Source: Octopus bimaculoides (taxonomy: Eukaryota). From it: a stretch of DNA of 64,000 nucleotides. The stretch spans positions 36,387,308 to 36,451,307 of the forward strand of contig NC_069002.1 of assembly GCF_001194135.2 (NCBI RefSeq), written 5' to 3'. Shown here one piece after another: positions 55,403-64,000 of this stretch. Below the pieces are notes generated by a model that did not search any database, was not told the DNA's origin, and worked only from the letters and a program-made list of their open reading frames with translations. The translations under genes were made by a program, and so were the position numbers. The stretch's first letter is position 1. Each line of letters starts with the position of its first letter.

Positions 55403-56765
55403 ATATATATACATATTTGGTTTGGAGATTAGAGAGATGTGAAATAAATAAATGTTGCTAGAAATGTGAATAAGCGGAGAAAATACTTGCCTTGCCAATG
55501 GTGGTGATAATCACAGACACGCGACAGAGCCACTAACATAGCAATGAATATGGGAGTGATACAGGTGATAAAGCGCCAGGTACTTCCAAAACCATGTTGT
55601 CCAAAATAATGTAGTTTCCCAAATAAATATAGAGTTGTAAACCCTAAACCAGAGAAAGCAACTGAACGGAAAGAAAATAAAAAAGGAGAAAGAAATAAGA
55701 GATGAAATAAAAAGTAGAGAATTGCCATCATTTCATTTTATTAATTATTGTTTACAGTAACGATAAGGATGCAGAATTAGAACATAATATACAATGATAG
55801 ACTAAATATTTTATGGTATCCAAGTTCAAACCATGTAGAAATCAATCTTACCTTTCAAACCACTGCCACCAAAAAGAATTACCAGTAACTTACTAGGAAT
55901 ACTGTTTCTTAAATTTTTTTTTATTTATATTTTAATTGGTCTAGTTTGAAGGAGTGCTGTCCCCATGGTTTTGTAAGCTCTCCAAGATCAGTGAGATCAT
56001 TACAGTTAATGTCTCTTAAGGTTCCATGTCAAAGAAATTATTATTTGAACAGTGGAGTTGATACAGATGATAAGAACCAAAACCAAATGATTTTTTACAT
56101 TTAGTTTGCTATGGCAGCATTCTCAGTTTATACCAGCCCACAAAATAAAATCCAAATCAACTGCTAGGAGTTCCCTCCTTTGTGGAAAAAAAGAAAATGA
56201 AAATATTGTGCAGAGAACAGCTTCTGTCACATTCCAGGGAGAAAAACTACAAGTAGTTGATAGCTTCCATTACCTAGGGGACCAAGTCAGTAGCCGGGGT
56301 GGATGCTCTGAAAGTGTAGCTGCTAGAATAAAAATAGCCTGGCCAAAGTTCAGAGAGCTCCTACCTCTGCTGGTGACAAAGGGCCTCTCGCTCAGAGTAA
56401 AACATAGACTGTATGATGCATGTGTACAAACAGCCATTCTACATGGCAGTGAAACATGGGCCGTGACTGCTGAGGACATGCGTATATCCGTCTATATATA
56501 TATATATATATATATATNNNNNNNNNNNNNNNNNNNNNNNNNNNNNNNNNNNNNNNNNNNNNNNNNNNNNNNNNNNNNNNNNNNNNNNNNNNNNNNNNNN
56601 NNNNNNNNNNNNNNNNNNNNNNNNNNNNNNNNNNNNNNNNNNNNNNNNNNNNNNNNNNNNNNNNNNNNNNNNNNNNNNNNNNNNNNNNNNNNNNNNNNNN
56701 NNNNNNNNNNNNNNNNNNNNNNNNNNNNNNNNNNNNNNNNNNNNNNNNNNNNNNNNNNNNNNNNN

Positions 56766-56798
<33 letters not shown>

Positions 56799-59392
56799 TC
56801 ATCATCATTTAACATTATATATATATATAAATATATACGCACTTATACACACACATGCATATATATATTGTATATACACACATACACAAACATACACATA
56901 TGTAGACATGTCGACAGAGATTCATGCATAAATGTATATATTTTAATATGGATATATACACATAAATGTGCAAAATATAGACTGATATAGATATAACATA
57001 CATATCACTAGTTTCCATGGATTCTACTGTTTCACTTCTAAATTAAGTTAATCCTTTCAGAAATTTACTCACTTGAGGAATGTCCACTTGGAAAGCTTTT
57101 CCGACCTTCAGTGATTTTCTCCTGTAAACCTGTACACAACATGCCAGCAACGAATTTCCCATCAGGGAAACACCGCCAATAGAAGTCAGGACGGGGCCTA
57201 ACAGAAACAAAAGGAATATTTTTTTTTTAAATCAACAGAAAGAAAATTCATTTTAACATTTGTGTAGAGTTTATGTCTCATTTAATAATTCCAAGTAATA
57301 CAAAGGGAGCGCACAAAATAGTAGCTTGGGTTCTGTAGTACAGCATAAATACAGACATAAATTTACATATGTAGAAACACTTAGCCATTCATTTGCAAGT
57401 GTCGTCTGACTGCTTGTAACTGCTGAACAAAGATGGCACACTAGCTGACTGTTTGCTACATTATCCTCACTGTGGAGGCGCAATGGCCCAATGGTTAGGG
57501 CAGCGGACTTGCGGTCATAGGATCGCGATTTCGATTTCCAGACCGGCCGTTGTGAGTGTTTATTGAGCAAAAACACCTAAAGCTCCACGAGGCTCCGGCA
57601 GGGGATGGTGGCGAACCCTGCTGTACGCTTCCACCACAACTTTCTTCCTGTTTCTGTTGTGCCTGTAATTCAAAGGGTCAGCCTTGTCACACTGTGTCAC
57701 GCTGAATATCCCCGAGAACTACGTTAAGGGTATATGCGTCTGTGGAGTGCTCCGCCACTTGCACGTTAATTTCACGAGCAGGCTGTTCCGTTGATCGGGT
57801 CAACTGGATCCCTCGACATCGTAAGCAATGGAGAGCCAACATTATCCTCACTATATTCTCACCACATTAGTCAATTGTAAAATTACAATGTGTGAACATC
57901 TCTAGCTTCTTCTGCAAGATGACATATTCAATAGCAGAAAGAATGGACAGTGTGGAAGCATATTTGAGAGCAGGTCCTGTTAAGCAAACACAAGAAATTT
58001 TTGAAGTTTCCAAGTAAAAGTTTACTGGCAATGATACAAATGTTGGTTAAGAAGTGGCATGCTAAGGGGTTAGTACACAACACCCCAAAACAAAGAGATC
58101 CTTCAGGTTTGGATGCTGGAAGTTATTCAAGGCATTTGTCAAAGGATTACTCAAAGACCAAAGAAGTCAACAGCCTCACATAAGCAGGAGGTGAGGTGCA
58201 GGAAATTCTAAAGTTGAAGCCATATCATTTCACAAGTGTACAGCGGATGAGAAGAGCAAACAAGAAAATTACTGGACTCGGCTTCAAATAGCAGATACAA
58301 GTGGTTAGAATAACACAATGACACTTGCAAAGGAACGGTTCATTACACCATTTATGTTCCTGTTTCTGACAAGAAATTTCGCTTTCATGTAAAACAACTA
58401 TATTTTGTAGTCATTATCCGTAATCTACTCCCAAAACACTTTAGCAGCTCTACTTTGCATCCCTTGCAAACTTATATGTCCTATGATCATTAAAATGCAA
58501 CGACCTCCACAAGAACCAGCCTTCAAGTTTGGTTTTCCATTCCTAGGTTAATTGGAAACAGATTGCTGTGCTTCTCATAAACCTCCTTGGTGGTCCAATT
58601 ATTTGGTGAAAAAAATACCACCAAAGCAACTTAAACCGTCCAAAGGACAGGTGCGTTTGCTAGTGTGTGTGTGTGTGTGTGTGTGTGTATGCGTATTAGC
58701 TGAATAACTCATCATTGCTGGGCGATTTCAACACTAGAATGCTTTGGCTAACTTTCAATTTTCTCTGTTTTGACGAGGATTTTTTCAATTTTTGTTTTTT
58801 CACCATAATCTTGGAAAAATGACGGGGGAGGGGGAAGCTTTTTATGAAAAGAATTTTTGAGAATTTATGAATTTCCCCTCGCTCCCCCTCCAGACCAATT
58901 TTGGCCAACTTAAAAAACAATGGGGAATAGCCTTTTCTACGTGATATTTGTGTTTCATAAAATGAAAATAAACGTTACAAGACAAGGTTTTAAACAGAAT
59001 GAAAGCAAGTATGTCATACAAAGAGAGAGAGAGGGGGGAACAGCATGCATGAGAGATGATACATATACAGACAGAGTTATAGAGAGTGAGGTAAATGTAT
59101 AGAGAGAGGGGAAGGCTAAAGAGAGAGAGAGAGAGAGCCTGATGGAGATGTTGATTTGAAAGTAGAGTTATTTAATATAACAAATTATGTTTTTTGATTA
59201 TTACCAGAAACCTTCTCTTTAGGATGCAGATTTTGAGAATCAAATTTTTGTTTCCTTCTGGACACACTGTTTCAGAGCCTTAGGAGGCTAAACACACATA
59301 CATACACTCTCATTTATATAGTACACACACATAATATGCAATCACACATACATACACATATATGCAACCCCCAACCACACACACCTTCATGT

Positions 59393-59426
<34 letters not shown>

Positions 59427-62400
59427 AACACACCTATATATATGCATTCACACAGATATATAGAGAAAGATCTACTTACCGTCCAAAAATGATTTTTATC
59501 ACATTTGTAAGAGAAGCAGTAAAGAATATAGATAAAGTCACACCTGCAAGATAAAAATAAATAAAGGTAAATTCATGTTTTTAGCTGGTCACAATGACAT
59601 AAACTGTAATTTCTGGTAAACAAGGCCACAGATTTGGTCACTAGGCAACAGTCAATTAAACAGACCGAGTACTTGAGAGGTACTTTATTTTATCAACACC
59701 TGAACAGATAAAGATAACCTTGTGGGATTTGAACTTAGAATGTAAAGAAAAACATATTCCCCTCTCAGATTCACACTTATAAGTAATTACCACAAGGTAT
59801 TCGTCCAAAACAATGAATATTTATATTAACTTAAGCACAAGGCCTTAGATTTTGGAGGTGATGATAGTTGATCAAATCAGCTCCAGTACATGACTGGTAT
59901 ATTTTTTCATAACTCTGGCAGGATTTGAATTCAGACCATAAATAGACTAACTTAATTATTACAAGGCATTTTAGTCTAACACTAATGCTTTGGTCAAAAC
60001 ATCATCTCAAATGAATACTTTGAGACAATAATATGAATGTGAATAATAGAAATCATAGAATGGAATGGAAGACAAATGTTGTAAAAAGGAGATCAAAATT
60101 ATCAACTGTATTATCAAACGACTCTTACCCAAAACAGCACATGTCACATCTGTTTTATTTCTGTTCCTGATATAAGCAGACACAATTGAAACTAAAGGTA
60201 AAATAGTTACAATGACCTGTAAAATATAGAAATTACATAAATGTTGAGTTGAGCAAAGAAATCTTAATTCTCACTTTTTGTTCTAATATATGATGGGGTA
60301 CTAAAAAGTTCCTGGCTTTGGGTAAAAGAAAATACAGGATGAGGATCGGTTAATTATGAATTTATCCAACATATTCCCCTCTCAGATTCACACACTTATT
60401 GCAGTGGTCCTTCAGTTTTTCTAAGCCCTGTAAAAGAACTCAGAAGGTTGGGCCTCCAACCAGGCCTTTTGCAATGCCCTTAAAGCCAGGAACTTTTCAT
60501 TACCCCCTCATATCATCTAGTTGGTTGTTTAGTCCCAGTTTGGATAATAACATGTTCACATTTAGTTCCTTAGAAATAAAATGCTACACTCTAAATATAT
60601 GTATTAATAAATATAAGTAGGAAGGAAAATCAGAAATATATGTGACATCTCTAATCTGAAAAGGTGTGATTCTGTAAAAAGAAATGAGGACATTTGAAAA
60701 CCAACCCACAAAAATTTAACCGGAATATAACTGGGAGTTTCAGGATTCTTATACAACCATAATTCTTCTGGTTGAATATGTCTTTCAAATGGCTTCAGAT
60801 TATCTGTGTATCTACAATAGCAAAAAGAAAGAAAAAAAACAGATTACAGTAGAATTAACAAATAACGAAATAAATTAAGCATATTTTGTGGCTTTACCTT
60901 CTCTTTGAATTTATTTTCAGTTCATTTATATGGTAAGTACTTAACAAAATAATTAAAATATTAGTAATTGATTAATGCAATCAAAAGTAGAGCTACTCAT
61001 ATATGATCCCCAGAGATAGTTGAATGTTTTCTGGAAGTGATTGTGGAAGTAACAGGGTCTAAGAAAAGAACTGAAGGAAATTTATGCAACTATTACAGGT
61101 CAGCAACAGAGAGTTATGCCCCCTCCTTAATACATAAAGCATACATAAGCAATGTAATGATGTATAAGAGTGAAATGTGAATGCTAAATATAGATTTGAC
61201 AGGGATTAGAAAGAAACTAGACAACCCGTGACCAGTTGGATCACAAGGAAACTCCGAGTTTCCCAGCAATGGAGTTTTGTTTTATGGGTTAATTTATATT
61301 TTCTTTTCAAGGTTATTTCGCATGCTTAATCATGCGTAAACAGCTCCTTTCCTCCAAAAGGTAAGATTTGGCTGCTATTTCTTGCACGCCCGGCTACAAG
61401 GTAACAGGTATTTCAGGTCCTTTACCACAAATAGCTGTTACGGTTTACGAACGGGTCTTTTATGAAATATTCACCATATTTTTAGCCATTTTCACTTGAA
61501 AATATTTTCTAAATATACCAAAAACATTCTTGTAATGGTATTCACTTAAAAATAAAACATTAAAATATTGTCTGCTCAAATAAAGCTAAAATATAAATAC
61601 TTACTGTACAAACAACTTACATTTTTGTAATCACATTCACTTAAAAATATTTCTAAATGGTTAAAATATTACGGAGACGTACTAGCATAGCAAGTGACTT
61701 GATTTGAGATCGTGTGCTGAAACAAAAACAATTGCAATGTGGAAGATGTTTGTAAGCCATTTAAGAACACACAAAAACCATTAGTTTCACTTCAACATTT
61801 GAATTTGATTTGTGTCAAAATATTTTTGTCACTCTGAAACCGTGACCTGTTCACCGACAAAATAGAAACATTCTTTCTCTTTTGTTTTTCTCCATCACAA
61901 CATATGAATGAGAAAGGAAGGGGTGAAAGTCAACATTTTTTTTCCTTAGAGAGTGATAGAGAGTGTGATGACTGTGTGTGTATATGTCACAGATAGTATA
62001 CATATGTTTGTGTTGAATCACATGCCATGACATTCATTATATGTGTTGACGTCAGGGAAGCCGTGTTTTTTTGTTTTTCTTCACCAAGAAATAACATACA
62101 AAAATTGTGTTTAATCGTTTTCATTAATAAACAGAGGTCCAAATATCACAAAACCTTATACTGCACTGCATTAAAGTAAGCATGAAAATAAATATGTAAA
62201 AAAAATTAAGATAAAATATACTGTTTCTGAGATATTTCGGGAACAAACAAACATCTTCCAAAAGTTTTAGTAATATTAAGATGAGGCAAAGTATTATACA
62301 CTAAATGTGCCATATTGAAAAACAAAACAGGAAGGAGTCAAGAGACTGTTTGGGTAGTAAATATGTGTGTTGTAAGACTAAAATATACGTAGCACAAGTG

Positions 62401-63902
62401 ATGCTGAACTGGTCTAAAGACATGATGGGAAGAAATGATGAGTGTTGGATGACAAATTGCTATGGGTCGACAGAGGACAACAGCCATGGCAGAGGAAGAT
62501 TGTGATAATGGAAAAAAGTGGTAAAATTAGTGCTGAAGATGTTGAGTCTCACTGATAAGATGGTGCAGGAGTAAGATAATTAGATGACATTCTGTGCTGC
62601 AAGCCAGACCAACCCATACCAGCAGAGAAAAATGAACACAAGAACAAGAATTACTGGTACTGATATGGCATGGGTATATTCTTTTATTCTTTAGTCAAAC
62701 AAATCACCCACAAGACTTATTCTCTGTAAGCCTGGTACTTATTTTATCAGAGACTTTTGCCGAACCACTAAGTTATATGGATATAAACACACCAACTTCG
62801 GTTGTCAAGTGATGGAGGAGGGATAACACAGACACACAAATACATATATATATGTACAATGGGTTTCTTTCAGTCTCCATCTACCAAATCCACTCACAAG
62901 GCTTTGGTCAGCCTGCAGCTATAGTAGAAGACACTTGCCAAGGTACCACACAGTGGGACTGAACCCAGAACCATGTGGTTACAGGTTTTATAAACATATA
63001 TCTATTTACAACTTACACCTAATTGACACTAGAGTAATTATTACAATGCTATCAACTTTGTAACATTATGTAAATGGGTTGAGCCATTCACAATCTTGAT
63101 TACATTTCAAAAACTAACTTTCTGTTCTGCTCAGGTATCTTTACAGAAAGATATAAGCAAATTTTGAGTTGTAAATATGACAAAATTAGTCTGTTTAATC
63201 CTACTTTGAAGCCACCAAAAACCATGTGATACAACATATGTCATGTGATACAACATATGTCATGTGATACAACATATGTCATGTGATACAACATATGTTA
63301 TGTGATACAACACATGTTATGTGATACAACATATGTCATGTGATACAACATATGTTATGTGATACAACATATGCTATGTGGTACAGCAAGTTGACAGAAT
63401 CGGTAGAGCGCCGGGTGAAATGCTTAGCGGTATTTTATCTGTCGTTACATTCTGAGTTCAAATTCCGCCGAGGTCGACTTTGCTTTTCATCCTTTCAGGG
63501 TCGATAAATTAAGTACCAGTTACGTACTGGGGTCGATGTAATCGACTTAATCCCTTTGTCTGTCCTTGTTTGTCCCCTCTATGTTTAGCCCCTTGCGGGC
63601 AATAAAGAAATAAGAAACAAATTTGGCAGGTTTTCTCAGTTGCTGTTTGTATCAGAGGTGAGGAAAGTGATGAGGCTCTATGAGAAACATCCTATTGATG
63701 CCAGTAAGGAAAAGAAGAGATGTATGATGATGATGATGGCAACGTTGATGACGATGGTAGTGTGAGAGTGTCTGTGGACGCACATGCTAGCATGCACATG
63801 AGAGAAAAAAAACAACACTGAGTATTTATCAACTTACAAATACAATAGGAAGAAAAGAATCCGGAAAAGTACTTCTGCCCCAAAGCTCTCCAAAATCTTC
63901 AT
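54726..63902 (-). CDS. PLPP5: Phospholipid phosphatase 4/5 (PPAPDC1-type PAP2 diacylglycerol pyrophosphate phosphatase), 280 aa, 7 coding exons
   Basis: Exons 63902-63838, 60811-60706, 60216-60129, 59543-59480, 57197-57073, 55661-55491, 54949-54726 total 843 nt and join in frame. PAP2 motifs K(IIFG)RPRPDF, PSGHSS and [13 protein letters not shown] are present, plus the PLPP4/5-typical [22 protein letters not shown]4 vs PLPP5 assignment cannot be made by eye; it is probably a co-ortholog. Confidence 0.95.
56215..56485 (+). mobile_element. RTE-clade LINE RT C-terminal fragment, antisense in PLPP intron 5
   Basis: [67 protein letters not shown]. Confidence 0.88.
57472..57840 (+). mobile_element. 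Full-length tRNA-derived SINE (OK/OR1-like)
   Basis: A/B-box-like head ggcgcaatggcccaatggttagggcagcgg...ttcgatttcc. Body shared with 37516-37760. Confidence 0.85.
60291..60510. mobile_element. Mariner-type MITE, TA-flanked
   Basis: TIRs tgatggggtactaaaaagttcctggcttt / aaagccaggaacttttcattaccccctca, with TA on both sides. Confidence 0.85.
62690..62985 (-). mobile_element. Microsatellite-containing SINE in PLPP intron 1
   Basis: Same family as 36045-36510. Confidence 0.8.
63223..63382 (+). repeat. 19-bp minisatellite (catgtgatacaacatatgt), ~8 units
   Basis: Direct head-to-tail repeats with few variants. Confidence 0.95.
63384..63618 (+). mobile_element. Full-length CORE-type SINE (OR2-like)
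   Basis: tRNA-like head, core gaggtcgactttgcttttcatcctttcagggtcgataaattaagtacc, tail aataaagaaataagaaac. Confidence 0.88.
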
Positions 63903-64000
63903 TGTTTCTGTGCTCTGCTTTAAAGAAATTCATTCAGTATACCTTATAAAAACAAATTGAAAATCATATTCATACATGAAACAGAAGAAGTTGTTTAAAC

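Noticed and set aside
57472-57560. tRNA gene
   Set aside because: The tRNA-like head continues into a SINE body repeated elsewhere in the window, and no full cloverleaf is evident. The same applies to other SINE heads.

Overview
AT-rich, repeat-dense eukaryotic genomic DNA with 11 N-gaps. The SINE/RTE/microsatellite complement points to an octopus (inferred, probably Octopus sp.). Two things dominate. (1) A ~44 kb cluster (1.6-45.9 kb), largely missed by the ORF track, of small secreted cysteine-knot (ICK/knottin, agatoxin-like) peptide precursor genes, here called KN1-KN6. By hand I reconstructed five signal+propeptide+mature gene models and one orphan mature exon, giving 8 mature-peptide exons. 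All share C-x(3-6)-C-x(6-10)-CC-x4-CxC-x(4-8)-CxC, a dibasic KR processing site and the same phase-1/phase-2 intron layout. The genes alternate in orientation (+ - + - + -). KN5 has one signal exon and one propeptide exon followed by three tandem mature-peptide exons that are much more divergent than their flanks. (2) A complete 7-coding-exon PLPP4/PLPP5-type phospholipid phosphatase gene (280 aa, minus strand, 54726-63902) with a GC-AG last intron. The rest is SINEs, decayed R4/Dong, RTE, Penelope, mariner, pogo and Helitron fragments, microsatellites and minisatellites. All translations and counts were done by eye; no database search was run.
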